In this document: piece by piece, positions 1-9,534 of the stretch | Layout: each line of letters starts with the position of its first letter | Numbering within the stretch: position 1 is the stretch's first letter | Sequence record: SRR2962707_4463 | DNA: 33,089 nucleotides | Strand: one strand, 5' to 3' | The notes under the pieces: model-generated | The model's input: only the letters and a program-made list of their open reading frames with translations | Told to the model about the DNA's origin: nothing | The model's database searches: none | Position numbers and translations under genes: made by a program

Positions 1-1133
1 ACGCCATTCTTACCGAGGCGGTCAAAACCAACGCCTCGGACGTTCACATCGAAACCTATGAGAAACAGCTGATTGTCCGGTTCCGGATTGACGGCGTGTT
101 GCGGGAAGTGGTCCAGCCCAAGCGGGCGCTGGCACCATTATTGGTCTCGCGGATCAAGGTTATGGCAAAACTCGATATTGCAGAAAAGCGGGTACCCCAG
201 GACGGCCGCATTGCTTTGAGGGTGGCCGGCCGGGAAGTTGATATCCGGGTGTCGACCATGCCTTCGTCCAGTGGTGAACGGGTGGTACTGCGCCTGCTCG
301 ACAAACAGGCGGGCACCATTCGGCTGGAGTCACTCGGCATGGCCGGGCAGGATCTGAAAACCCTGCGCAAGCTGATCTATCGTCCGTACGGTATTCTGCT
401 GGTGACCGGTCCCACAGGTTCCGGTAAATCCACCACGCTTTACGCCTCTCTGCAGGAAATCAATGATCGCAGCCGCAACATACTGACGGTCGAGGATCCG
501 ATCGAGTACAACCTGCCGGGGATTGGGCAGACCCAGGTGAACCCGAAAGTGGATATGACCTTTGCTCGGGGCCTGCGAGCCATTCTGCGCCAGGATCCGG
601 ATGTGGTGATGATCGGGGAAATCCGGGATCTGGAAACCGCGGAGATTGCCGTTCAGGCGAGTCTGACCGGGCACCTGGTGTTGTCTACCCTGCACACAAA
701 TACCGCCGTGGGTGCCATTACCCGTTTGATGGACATGGGCATCGAGCCTTTCCTGATCTCCTCCAGTCTTGTCGGTATCGTTGCGCAACGGCTGGTGCGG
801 GTGCTCTGTACCCACTGTCGCGAGCCCTATATGCCTACCGAAGAGCATTGTGAGTTCCTGCAGCAGGACCCGGCCAATCCGCCCACCATCTTCCGCGCCA
901 AAGGCTGTGAGCATTGTAACCAGTTGGGCTATCGAGGCCGGATTGGTATCTACGAGGTGGTCGAGATCACGGAAGAAATCAGCACCCTTATTCATAAACG
1001 CGCAGGGGAGCTGGATCTGGAACGGGAGGCCCGCCTGCACAGCCCGAGTATTCATGCCGATGGCGTTCAGAAGATTCTGGATGGCGTAACCACGGTGGAA
1101 GAAGTACTGCGTGTGACCCACCGGAGCCAGTAA
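1..1133 (+). CDS. gspE: Type II secretion ATPase GspE (5'-truncated by window edge)
   Basis: Frame is open from position 3 ([17 protein letters not shown]...). Walker [10 protein letters not shown], Asp box [23 protein letters not shown], His box [12 protein letters not shown] and tetracysteine CTHC...CEHC are present. Followed directly by gspF. Confidence 0.97.
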   Translation, partial: AILTEAVKTNASDVHIETYEKQLIVRFRIDGVLREVVQPKRALAPLLVSRIKVMAKLDIAEKRVPQDGRIALRVAGREVDIRVSTMPSSSGERVVLRLLDKQAGTIRLESLGMAGQDLKTLRKLIYRPYGILLVTGPTGSGKSTTLYASLQEINDRSRNILTVEDPIEYNLPGIGQTQVNPKVDMTFARGLRAILRQDPDVVMIGEIRDLETAEIAVQASLTGHLVLSTLHTNTAVGAITRLMDMGIEPFLISSSLVGIVAQRLVRVLCTHCREPYMPTEEHCEFLQQDPANPPTIFRAKGCEHCNQLGYRGRIGIYEVVEITEEISTLIHKRAGELDLEREARLHSPSIHADGVQKILDGVTTVEEVLRVTHRSQ

Positions 1134-1136
1134 TCC

Positions 1137-2348
1137 ATGCCGGCCTACGAATACAAAGCACTGGATGCCAGAGGCAAGCAGAAACAGGGCGTGCTGGAAG
1201 CCGACGCGCCCAGAGCGGTGCGCCAGCAACTCAGGGAAAAGGGGCTGACCCCGCTGGCAGTGGAAGCGGCCGTAGAAAAACAGGCCCGTAGCAACCCACT
1301 GAGCAGCCGCGGTTCTCTGAGCGCAGCCGATCTCGCCCTGGTCACCCGGCAACTGGCCACGCTCATCCAGTCCGGGATTCCGGTCGAGCAGGCACTGAGT
1401 GCGGCCGCCCAGCAATCCACCAAGCCGCGGATTCGCAGCATGCTGATTGCTATCCGCGCCAAGGTGATGGAAGGCTACACACTGGCGGACAGCTTCGGTG
1501 AATTCCCCAAGGCCTTTCCCCGGCTCTACCGCTCCACGGTCGCGGCCGGTGAACATGCCGGGCATCTTGACCTGGTGCTGAACCGGCTGGCGGACTACAC
1601 GGAAAGCCGCCAAGAAGCCCGCCAGAAGATTCAGTTGGCTGCGATTTACCCGATTATCCTGAGTGTCGTAGCTATTGCCATTGTGGTGTTCCTGCTCACC
1701 TATGTGGTGCCCGACATTATCGAGGTCTTTCTCAAGCAGGGACAGGAGCTGCCCGGGCTGACGGTGGCTATGCTCTCGGTGTCGGAATTTCTCGGCAGTT
1801 TCGGAGTCTACCTTCTAGTCTTGCTGGTGGTGGCGATCATCGGCTTCCGTTTCGCGTTGACCAAACCGGCGGTGCGCCTGAAGTTTCACAAGCGGCTACT
1901 TCACCTGCCGCTGTTTGCAGGCATGGTACGAGGCGTGAATACGGCCCGCTACGCCAGTACCCTGAGCATTCTGACCACCAGTGGTGTACCACTGGTTGAA
2001 GCGATGCGCATTGCCGGGGAGGTGCTTTCCAACGATTATCTCCGGCAGGAACTGCGGGAGGCTGCCCGGAAGGTCAGTGAAGGGGGATCGTTGCACCGTT
2101 CACTGGATCAGACCGGTTACTTCCCGCCAATGATGCTGCATATGATTGCCAGTGGCGAGGCCAGTGGCGAGCTGGACAGTATGCTTGAACGCACGGCCCG
2201 CATGCAGGAAAACACCCTGCAATCCAAGATCGCCGCTATTGTGGGGCTGTTTGAACCCATGATGCTGCTGTTCATGGGGGCGGTGGTGCTGATTATTGTT
2301 CTGGCGATCATGCTGCCGATTCTGAACATGAGCAACCTGGTGGGATAA
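1137..2348 (+). CDS. gspF: Type II secretion inner membrane platform protein GspF
   Basis: MPAYEYKALDARGK start, TRQLATLIQSGIP, AAGEHAGHLD, ASGEASGELDSML, hydrophobic membrane segments; lies between gspE and gspG. Confidence 0.97.
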   Translation: MPAYEYKALDARGKQKQGVLEADAPRAVRQQLREKGLTPLAVEAAVEKQARSNPLSSRGSLSAADLALVTRQLATLIQSGIPVEQALSAAAQQSTKPRIRSMLIAIRAKVMEGYTLADSFGEFPKAFPRLYRSTVAAGEHAGHLDLVLNRLADYTESRQEARQKIQLAAIYPIILSVVAIAIVVFLLTYVVPDIIEVFLKQGQELPGLTVAMLSVSEFLGSFGVYLLVLLVVAIIGFRFALTKPAVRLKFHKRLLHLPLFAGMVRGVNTARYASTLSILTTSGVPLVEAMRIAGEVLSNDYLRQELREAARKVSEGGSLHRSLDQTGYFPPMMLHMIASGEASGELDSMLERTARMQENTLQSKIAAIVGLFEPMMLLFMGAVVLIIVLAIMLPILNMSNLVG

Positions 2349-2430
2349 TGGCCCACCGTCGGGCCAGCAAGGAAGCCAGACAATCTTTCTGAAAGTGACG
2401 AGAAACAACGGACCCAAGATGAGTGAAACT

Positions 2431-2883
2431 ATGAGCATGAACCAACCGAAAGCGCTGGCCCGGACCAAGGGCTTCACCCTGATCGAAATCATGGTAGTGA
2501 TGGTCATTCTCGGCCTGTTGGTGGCAATTGTGGCGCCCAACATCATGGGGCGGAGTGATCAGGCCAAAGTGACGGTGGCCGAAACCCAGATCAGTAACAT
2601 CGCCAACGCACTGGACCTGTATCGCCTGGACAACAGCCATTATCCCTCTACCCAGCAGGGCCTTGAAGCTCTGGTCAACAAGCCCAGCGGCAGCCCTGAG
2701 CCGAAAAACTGGAACCCGGACGGCTACCTGAAAAATGTTCCCGAAGACCCCTGGGGTAACAACTACCAGTATGTCAGCCCTGGTGTAGACGGGCCGTACG
2801 ATCTGTATTCCTACGGTTCTGACGGCCAGGAAGGCGGGGATGGCGACGCAGCTGATATCAGCGTCTGGGACAGCGGGAACTGA
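2431..2883 (+). CDS. gspG: Major pseudopilin GspG
   Basis: Prepilin cleavage motif GFTLIEIMVV; LDLYRLDN..YPSTQQGLEALV and DPWGNNYQY. Start is uncertain (ATG at 2419, 2431 or 2437). Confidence 0.96.
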   Translation: MSMNQPKALARTKGFTLIEIMVVMVILGLLVAIVAPNIMGRSDQAKVTVAETQISNIANALDLYRLDNSHYPSTQQGLEALVNKPSGSPEPKNWNPDGYLKNVPEDPWGNNYQYVSPGVDGPYDLYSYGSDGQEGGDGDAADISVWDSGN

Positions 2884-3417
2884 TTGATTGTGGGCCGCAG
2901 GGCTGACCAAAACGGCTTTACGCTGATCGAGATTCTGGTTGTCCTGATCATCGTCGGACTGCTGGCGGCACTGGCGGTGTTCAATATGGCCGGCAGCTCC
3001 CAGCAGCGCGAGCTGGAAAGCCAGGTTCGGGAGCTCTACCTCTTGATGCAAACGGCACAGGAACAGGCGGTTCTCAATAATCTGGAAATGGGCTTGCTGC
3101 TGGAAGAAGACGGCTATCGGTTCGTGGCGTTTCAGGATAAGACAGGCGAGTGGAAATCCTCAGGTGAGCGCATATTCCACAAGCGAACCCTCCCGGAATG
3201 GTTGACCGTTACCCAGTATATCGAAAGTGACGCTCCGCGACTGGCCTCGGCCGAGGATCGGCTCAGGCCAGACGTGGTGTTCTTCTCCAGTGGTGAAACC
3301 ACACCGTTTGAAATCGAATTCACCCTGGGCCGGGACACTGACCTGATGCACGTGGTTGCTTCAGATGGCGTCTCGCCGTTGGAATGGCGCAAACCTGATT
3401 CCGGGGATGAGTCATGA
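2884..3417 (+). CDS. gspH: Minor pseudopilin GspH
   Basis: GFTLIEILVVLIIVGLLA prepilin motif; FFSSGETTPF; operon position. Start is TTG 2884 or GTG 2890. Confidence 0.92.
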   Translation: MIVGRRADQNGFTLIEILVVLIIVGLLAALAVFNMAGSSQQRELESQVRELYLLMQTAQEQAVLNNLEMGLLLEEDGYRFVAFQDKTGEWKSSGERIFHKRTLPEWLTVTQYIESDAPRLASAEDRLRPDVVFFSSGETTPFEIEFTLGRDTDLMHVVASDGVSPLEWRKPDSGDES

Positions 3418-3791
3418 GTCGGCCTCAGCGTGGTTTCACCCTGATTGAAGTCCTCGTCGCATTGCTCGTGTTCGGTCTGATTGCAACGGCCGCCGCCGAA
3501 GTGGGCGGGAATTACATCACCAGTTTTGAGCGCATACGTGACAAGACGCTGGCAGGCTGGGTGGCGGAAAACCGGATTAACGAACTACGGCTTCAGGATG
3601 AGCTGCCAGGGATTTCGGAGAATTCGGAAGATACCGACTTCGGAAATTTCCGCTGGCGGGTCACCACCGTTGTTGAGGCTACGGCAGAGCCCACGATGCG
3701 GCGGATTGAGGTAACCGTAGCCAAATACTCCGGGGCGCAATCAGAACCGTTTGCCGTTCATACCCTGGCTGCCTTCCTGGGAGAAACCTGA
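3414..3791 (+). CDS. gspI: Minor pseudopilin GspI
   Basis: GFTLIEVLVALLVF; LAGWVAENRINEL; ATGA overlap with gspH. Confidence 0.94.
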   Translation: MSRPQRGFTLIEVLVALLVFGLIATAAAEVGGNYITSFERIRDKTLAGWVAENRINELRLQDELPGISENSEDTDFGNFRWRVTTVVEATAEPTMRRIEVTVAKYSGAQSEPFAVHTLAAFLGET

Positions 3792-4555
3792 TGGGCATGC
3801 CCGCGCGCAAGGTCAGGTTAGCCGGGGAGTCCGGTTTTACGCTGATGGAGGTACTGATTGCCGTCACTATCACAGCCGTGATCGGGCTGGGTGTTTGGCA
3901 GGTGGTGAGCAGTGTAATGAACTCCCGGGACCGGGTGGATGAGGTTGCCCTGGCGTTCGACGGCTTGCAGAAAACCATGTTGCTGCTGGAACGTGACATC
4001 ACCCAGATCATCAACCGGCCCGCCCGGGATGTTTATGGTGATTATTCACCGTCCTTAACCTCAAGGGATGATGCGTTTGCGTTGATGCTGACCCGCCAGG
4101 GTTGGCGCAATCCGCTTGGTCTCCGGCGTAGCGGTCTGCAGCGCGTCGGCTGGGAATATACCGGAACTGAACTGCGCCGTCGGTATTGGCCTGTGGTGGA
4201 TCAGGGGCAGGAAGACGAAAGCCTGGACATTCTGATGCTGGACGGGGTTCTGGAGTTTGAAATCCGGTTTCTGGATGAGAACGGTAACTGGCAGGAGCAA
4301 TGGCCGGAAGATGATGCTCTGGCGCAGATGACGCCGGGAACCCGACCCGACATCTCTTTGCCTCGCGGGATTGAGATTACACTGGAACATGAACGCTTTG
4401 GTGAGTTGGTCCGCACGTTCAGTTTGCCGGATTTTGAACCGTCGCAGGCTCAGGCGGTGATCAATCAGCAACAGGAGACCCAGGCCGAGTCGGAAGATGA
4501 CGCGACTGAAGACGGATCTGGCCAGGCCGCGGGCGGGGTGACCGGCAATGATTAA
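3791..4555 (+). CDS. gspJ: Minor pseudopilin GspJ
   Basis: GFTLMEVLIAVTI; LERDITQ; TRQGWRNP..RSGLQRV; LPRGIEITL; acidic C-terminal tail. Confidence 0.94.
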   Translation: MGMPARKVRLAGESGFTLMEVLIAVTITAVIGLGVWQVVSSVMNSRDRVDEVALAFDGLQKTMLLLERDITQIINRPARDVYGDYSPSLTSRDDAFALMLTRQGWRNPLGLRRSGLQRVGWEYTGTELRRRYWPVVDQGQEDESLDILMLDGVLEFEIRFLDENGNWQEQWPEDDALAQMTPGTRPDISLPRGIEITLEHERFGELVRTFSLPDFEPSQAQAVINQQQETQAESEDDATEDGSGQAAGGVTGND

Positions 4556-5546
4556 GTTTGCCGGGAGCGGGCAGCAGGGCGTCGCCCTGATCATGGTGCT
4601 GTTGGCGATGGCTCTGGTGGTATTGATGGCATCGGGCATGACCCGCCAGCAAAGCCTGCGGGTGTTCAAGGCTGGCCATTACCTGGCCCAGCAACAAGGC
4701 CAGAGTATTGCTCTGGGTGCCGAGCAATTTGCCAAGCGTATTCTGGTTCGGGACTACGAAGAGGATAAGGAAAACAGTGTGATGGTCGACAGTCCGGATG
4801 AGTTCTGGGCCATGCATGCTGCCATTCTGCCTCTGGACGACAGTGGTGTTGCCGAGGTCCAGATCGATGATCTTGGAGGTAGAATCAACCTGAACGATCT
4901 GGTTACCGCGAGCGGAGAAGTGGACCCCATCACCAAAGGCCGGCTCACCCGGTTATTTCGTGCTCTGGGTATCACTGGCCTCACCGTAGACCCGCTCATT
5001 GACTGGATGGACGCCGACGACCAGGCCATCAGCGCTTATGGTGCCGAAGACGGCCAGTATCTGATGGCAGACCCTCCGTATCGCACTGGCAACCAGCCCT
5101 TTGTTTCCATTACCGAGTTGCGTCTGATTGAGGGCATGACCGAGGAAATCTATGCTGCGCTGCGGCCTCATCTGGTGGCGCTGCCAGTCTCCGGCGTCGG
5201 CATTAACGTGAATACCGCGACGGCGCAGGTTCTGATGAGTCTGCACGAGGATATGAATGAGGCTCAGGCGGAATCGATTATTGCCAAGCGCGAAGAAGAA
5301 CGATTCGAAAACCTTCAGGATTTCCTGGCACTGCCGGAGTTCTCGGGGATGGGGCTGAAAGCCAACGGGTTAACGCTTCAGACCCGTTTTTTTGAAGTTG
5401 TCTCACGGATTACCTACGATAATCGTGTCGTCAATATGGTCAGCACCGTGTATAGAAACCCGGAGGGCGAAGTCCGGACGGTTCACAGGGATACCGGGCA
5501 GAAGAATCGCATTACCAAGGAACCTTACACTTTCTCAGAAGGATAA
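4548..5546 (+). CDS. gspK: Minor pseudopilin GspK
   Basis: QQGVALIMVLL (GspK-type, no Glu5); GRINLNDL; IDWMDAD; ELRLIEGMT; INVNTA. Confidence 0.95.
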   Translation: MIKFAGSGQQGVALIMVLLAMALVVLMASGMTRQQSLRVFKAGHYLAQQQGQSIALGAEQFAKRILVRDYEEDKENSVMVDSPDEFWAMHAAILPLDDSGVAEVQIDDLGGRINLNDLVTASGEVDPITKGRLTRLFRALGITGLTVDPLIDWMDADDQAISAYGAEDGQYLMADPPYRTGNQPFVSITELRLIEGMTEEIYAALRPHLVALPVSGVGINVNTATAQVLMSLHEDMNEAQAESIIAKREEERFENLQDFLALPEFSGMGLKANGLTLQTRFFEVVSRITYDNRVVNMVSTVYRNPEGEVRTVHRDTGQKNRITKEPYTFSEG

Positions 5547-5548
5547 CC

Positions 5549-6856
5549 ATGTCTTACCGCCTTTTTGTCCGGCCGGTGCCTCCTTATGCGGACCCGGACC
5601 AGAGCCCCGATGCCCAGCTGTTCAGCTGGGTGCTCCAGGATGCCAGTGGCGATGCTCAGGCCAGAGGCACGGCTGATACACGGGAGCATATCGAGCAAAC
5701 GCTGGCACAGAATGCGCTGGAGAAAGTGCTGCTGATCGGACTGATTCCCGGTGATGAGGCGGTTTTCTGTCTGGCGGATATACCGGCGAAACAGACCCGT
5801 TTTATTCAGCAGGCCTTGCCGTATGCCGTTGAGGAGCAGATAGCCCAGGACATTGACTCGGTTCATCTCGCGCTGGGGCCGCACACGCCTGAGGGCTACC
5901 GGGTTGCTGCCATCGATCGCGAGCAGATGGCTCGCTGGCGCCAACTGTTTTCTGGCTGGTACCACGCCCGTCTGGAGGCCGTCTATCCAGACGCTTCACT
6001 GTTGCCGGCAGCGGAATCCGGATGGGTCATCTGCCTGGATGCAGAGTCGGCACTTCTGCAGAGCCAGCGGGGAGAGTGGCTGCGCATGCAGGCAGATAAT
6101 CTTCCGCTGCTTGCAGTGACACTTGCTGCGCCTTCGTCTGACGAAGTGGTGGCCGAAATTCCGGTGCAGCTATATGGCACCGAGGCAGATCTGGACGCGA
6201 GCCAGGCCCTGGTGGGTGAGCTTTCGGGAACCACCGGGCTTCTTCGTATCGAAAAGAAGCCGTTGGAATTTTCGGTAACCGAGTTCCTGGCCTGGTCGTA
6301 CCACCATCACATGAGCCAGCCCATTAATCTGTGCCAGGGGGCGTTCGCGTTCAAGGCGGAGGGCAGCAGCCCCCTGAAACCCTGGAAGCCGCTTATCGCC
6401 GTGGCATCACTCTGGTTCGTGATCCAGATGGGGCTGGAGATCGGTATGGGAATCTACCAGCAGCAGCAGGCGGAGCAGCTTGAAAACCAGGCTATGGCGG
6501 TTTACCGGAATGCCTTTCCCTCGGACCGCCGAACCCATGCCGGAAACGTACGACGTGTTATCGAAGGCCAGTTACGGGTTGCTGGCTCCCAGGGCCCTGA
6601 CGTGGATTTTATCACCCTGATGAAATACACCGGCGATCAGTACGGCCGCCTGCAGAATCCCGGAGCTGTTACCTTTAACTCGATTAACTACAGCCGGAGC
6701 CGGGGCGAACTCGTGGTGGATATCCGGGCCGACAGTTATGATCGGTTAAGCCGTCTGCGTAACGGACTCGCCAGCGAAGGGCTGCAGGCCCAGATCGGTT
6801 CCGTGGTCAACGAATCCAGCGGCGCCCGAGGCCGCCTCACGGTTTCAGGAGGATAA
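5549..6856 (+). CDS. gspL: Type II secretion protein GspL
   Basis: QALPYAVEEQIAQDID.VH motif, INLCQGAF before a single TM segment; follows gspK. Confidence 0.93.
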   Translation: MSYRLFVRPVPPYADPDQSPDAQLFSWVLQDASGDAQARGTADTREHIEQTLAQNALEKVLLIGLIPGDEAVFCLADIPAKQTRFIQQALPYAVEEQIAQDIDSVHLALGPHTPEGYRVAAIDREQMARWRQLFSGWYHARLEAVYPDASLLPAAESGWVICLDAESALLQSQRGEWLRMQADNLPLLAVTLAAPSSDEVVAEIPVQLYGTEADLDASQALVGELSGTTGLLRIEKKPLEFSVTEFLAWSYHHHMSQPINLCQGAFAFKAEGSSPLKPWKPLIAVASLWFVIQMGLEIGMGIYQQQQAEQLENQAMAVYRNAFPSDRRTHAGNVRRVIEGQLRVAGSQGPDVDFITLMKYTGDQYGRLQNPGAVTFNSINYSRSRGELVVDIRADSYDRLSRLRNGLASEGLQAQIGSVVNESSGARGRLTVSGG

Positions 6857-6860
6857 GCCC

Positions 6861-7394
6861 ATGTGGTCACGCATCAAGGATCAACCGGCCGTGGGCAAAC
6901 TGATTGCTCGCTATGATCAGTTACCCACCCGCGACCGTCAGGCATTGACTGCTCTGGGTATAGCCCTGTTGCTGGCATTGATTTATCTGCTGATCTGGCA
7001 GCCGGTGACTCAGTTTCATGACCGGGCTGCCTCGAGTCGTGAGAATGCCGCAGAACTCCTGGCCTGGATGCGGGCCAACGAGACGACCATTCAGCGCCTG
7101 GGCTCGGCTGGTGGCGCAGCGACAACTGCGGCAGGGGCTGACAAGCCTGAAGACGGGCGGGCATTGATGGCCCTGGTGACTCGTTCAGCCGGAGAGGCGG
7201 GGCTTTCTTTGCAACGCTTCGAGCCCAGCGGTGAGGGTGCCATCCGGGTCTGGCTTGAAAACGCCGCCTACGCTGATGTGGCAGCCTGGCTTGAGCGTTT
7301 GCACAGTAATCATGGCGTGGTGATTGACCAGGCCGCACTTGATCGGGGCAATGGGCCCGGGCAGGTATCCGTGAGGCTTACGCTGGCGATCTGA
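6861..7394 (+). CDS. gspM: Type II secretion protein GspM
   Basis: LPTRDRQAL, then a TM segment and IWQP; C-terminal IRVWLENAAYADVAAWL...GQVSVRLTL; follows gspL. Confidence 0.92.
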   Translation: MWSRIKDQPAVGKLIARYDQLPTRDRQALTALGIALLLALIYLLIWQPVTQFHDRAASSRENAAELLAWMRANETTIQRLGSAGGAATTAAGADKPEDGRALMALVTRSAGEAGLSLQRFEPSGEGAIRVWLENAAYADVAAWLERLHSNHGVVIDQAALDRGNGPGQVSVRLTLAI

Positions 7395-7433
7395 CCGGCA
7401 AGCGTGACCCCACACTAGCGAGGGAGCAACACG

Positions 7434-8105
7434 ATGGCACACAACAACAATAATGCTGAAGCTGTTCTGGTTCGCCTGGACGAGACGGCACGAAACGAGG
7501 CCCAGTCGGTGCTTTTTCATGCCTATCGGGAGGAGCCGACATTCCAGTACCTGTTCGATCACCGGAAACCCGGTTACAGCCAGAGGGTGAGGGCGACCAT
7601 CCGGGAATTGATCGACCTTTATCTGGAGCTGAATCAGGATGCCATCGGTGTGATGGTGGACGAAACACTGGTTGCTGTTGCGTTTGTGGGTGAGCCGGAA
7701 CTCAGGCTGAATCTGGCAGACCAGCTTGGCTGGCGGGTGCGTATGGTTCTGACGGCGGGCTTTTCATCTACGCGCCGGTATCTGGAGTATCATCGCAGGA
7801 TTCGCGACCTTTTGCCGCAGAGGCAGGCGCATCAGTTGCCGTTGATGGGAGTCAACCCAAAATACCAGCACAAGGGGTATGGTCGGATGTTGCTGCAGGC
7901 AGTGGAGCGCCTGTGTGAGGAAAACCCCCGGGGCAGTGGATTGGTGCTCGATACCGGGAACAGCCGTTACCTGCCGTTTTATGAATCCGAGGGGTTCCGA
8001 AGCCTGGGCAAGATCCGGCTTGGTGATTTTGAAGACCACGTGTTGTTCCGGGAAGTGCTCGCAGACGAAGATCAGTCGAGTGAGCCCCGGCAGCAGCAAT
8101 CTTGA
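7434..8105 (+). CDS. GNAT family N-acetyltransferase
   Basis: Acetyl-CoA motif A LMGVNPKYQHKGYGRMLL and motif B LDTGNSRYLPFYESEGF; GGAG RBS upstream. Confidence 0.88.
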   Translation: MAHNNNNAEAVLVRLDETARNEAQSVLFHAYREEPTFQYLFDHRKPGYSQRVRATIRELIDLYLELNQDAIGVMVDETLVAVAFVGEPELRLNLADQLGWRVRMVLTAGFSSTRRYLEYHRRIRDLLPQRQAHQLPLMGVNPKYQHKGYGRMLLQAVERLCEENPRGSGLVLDTGNSRYLPFYESEGFRSLGKIRLGDFEDHVLFREVLADEDQSSEPRQQQS

Positions 8106-8122
8106 AGTAAACAGGAGAAACA

Positions 8123-9484
8123 GTGTCTGAGAGCCATGATTTTGATCTGATCGTTATCGGGGCCGGTTCCGGCGGTGTCCGGCTCGCCCGCATGTCGGCC
8201 CAGCGCGGTGCCCGGGTGGCGGTGGTGGAATCCCGTTACCTGGGAGGAACCTGCGTTAACGTGGGTTGTGTTCCGAAAAAACTCTTTGTCTATGGAGCGC
8301 ACGTCAGGGAAGAGCTCGAAGATGCACACGGATATGGCTGGTCTGTGCCAACAGACGATGTCTCGTTTGACTGGCCAACGCTGGTCGCCAACAAGAATGC
8401 CGAGATAGAGCGCTTGAATGGCATTTATGGCCGATTGCTCGAGAATGCCGGCGTCACCATCATTGAGGGTACGGCCAGTCTCCGCGACCCTCACACGGTG
8501 ATCGTTGGTGATAGAGCTTTTTCGGCAGCGCACATCACAGTTGCCACGGGCAGCTGGCCAGTGGTTCCGGATGTTCCCGGCAAGGAATTTCTGCTCACCT
8601 CCAATGAGATGTTTTACCTGCCACAGTTACCGCGCCACGCCGTGGTCTGGGGCGGTGGTTACATTGCCGTCGAGTTCGCCGGCATTCTCGCGGGTCTTGG
8701 TGTGGAGACCACGCTGCTGTACCGGGGCGAGCTGTTCCTGCGAGGGTTTGACGAGGATATCCGCAAGTTCACGGAACAGGAGATGCGCAAGAAAGGCGTG
8801 GATCTCCGGTTCAATGTCACGATTGAATCTGTCGAGCAGTTGAATGCTCACTACCAGGTGAATCTGAGCGATGGCAGCAGCATGGAGACCGGGCTGGTTA
8901 TGGCTGCGACAGGTCGCCGCGCGCTCGTAGACGGACTCGGGCTGACCGATCTGGGAGTGGAACTCAATGCTTCGGGTCATGTTGAGGTGAACGATCATTT
9001 CCAGACGGCGGTACCGTCCATCTCCGCCCTTGGTGATGTCATCGGAACGCCGCAGCTAACGCCGGTTGCGCTGGCGCAGGCCATGGTGCTGTCCCGGCGG
9101 CTGTTTGGTGATGGCCAGGGTGATATGGACTACAGCGCCATACCCACGGCTGTCTTCTGTCAGCCTAATATCGGAACGGTCGGGTTAACCGAGAAAGAAG
9201 CGCGGGACGCGGGGCATTCGCTGCGGATTTACCGTTCCGAGTTTCGCCCCATGAAGTACACCCTGAGCGGCCGTGATGAGCGTTGTCTGATGAAGCTGAT
9301 TGTGGACGATAGTTCAGACAAGGTTCTGGGCGCCCATATGGTTGGGCCTGATGCCGGTGAAATCATCCAGGGACTGGCGGTGGCTATTAAAGCCGGTGCC
9401 ACCAAGGCCCAGTTTGACGCTACGATGGGCATTCACCCGACATCCGCTGAAGAGTTTGTCACCATGCGAGAGCCGGTGGCCTGA
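8123..9484 (+). CDS. gor: Glutathione-disulfide reductase
   Basis: FAD-binding GAGSGG, redox-active [28 protein letters not shown] and C-terminal [12 protein letters not shown] start with AGGAG RBS. Confidence 0.95.
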   Translation: MSESHDFDLIVIGAGSGGVRLARMSAQRGARVAVVESRYLGGTCVNVGCVPKKLFVYGAHVREELEDAHGYGWSVPTDDVSFDWPTLVANKNAEIERLNGIYGRLLENAGVTIIEGTASLRDPHTVIVGDRAFSAAHITVATGSWPVVPDVPGKEFLLTSNEMFYLPQLPRHAVVWGGGYIAVEFAGILAGLGVETTLLYRGELFLRGFDEDIRKFTEQEMRKKGVDLRFNVTIESVEQLNAHYQVNLSDGSSMETGLVMAATGRRALVDGLGLTDLGVELNASGHVEVNDHFQTAVPSISALGDVIGTPQLTPVALAQAMVLSRRLFGDGQGDMDYSAIPTAVFCQPNIGTVGLTEKEARDAGHSLRIYRSEFRPMKYTLSGRDERCLMKLIVDDSSDKVLGAHMVGPDAGEIIQGLAVAIKAGATKAQFDATMGIHPTSAEEFVTMREPVA

Positions 9485-9494
9485 CAGGGTGGAA

Positions 9495-9529
9495 AGCGCC
9501 GGAGTGCAAAGCCTGCCAACTCCGGCGCT
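9495..9529. terminator. Probable bidirectional terminator hairpin between convergent gor and the histidine kinase gene
   Basis: Perfect 11-bp inverted repeat AGCGCCGGAGT (9495-9505) / ACTCCGGCGCT (9519-9529) in the 50-bp gap; U-tails are weak. Confidence 0.6.
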
Positions 9530-9534
9530 CGTTG

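Noticed and set aside
330-1613. 427-aa minus-strand ORF
   Set aside because: Antisense shadow of gspE and gspF; no recognisable motifs. Long shadow ORFs are common in GC-rich, codon-biased genes.
1-7394. Type IV pilus assembly locus
   Set aside because: Gene order E-F-G-H-I-J-K-L-M with GspG, GspK, GspL and GspM signatures is diagnostic of type II secretion.
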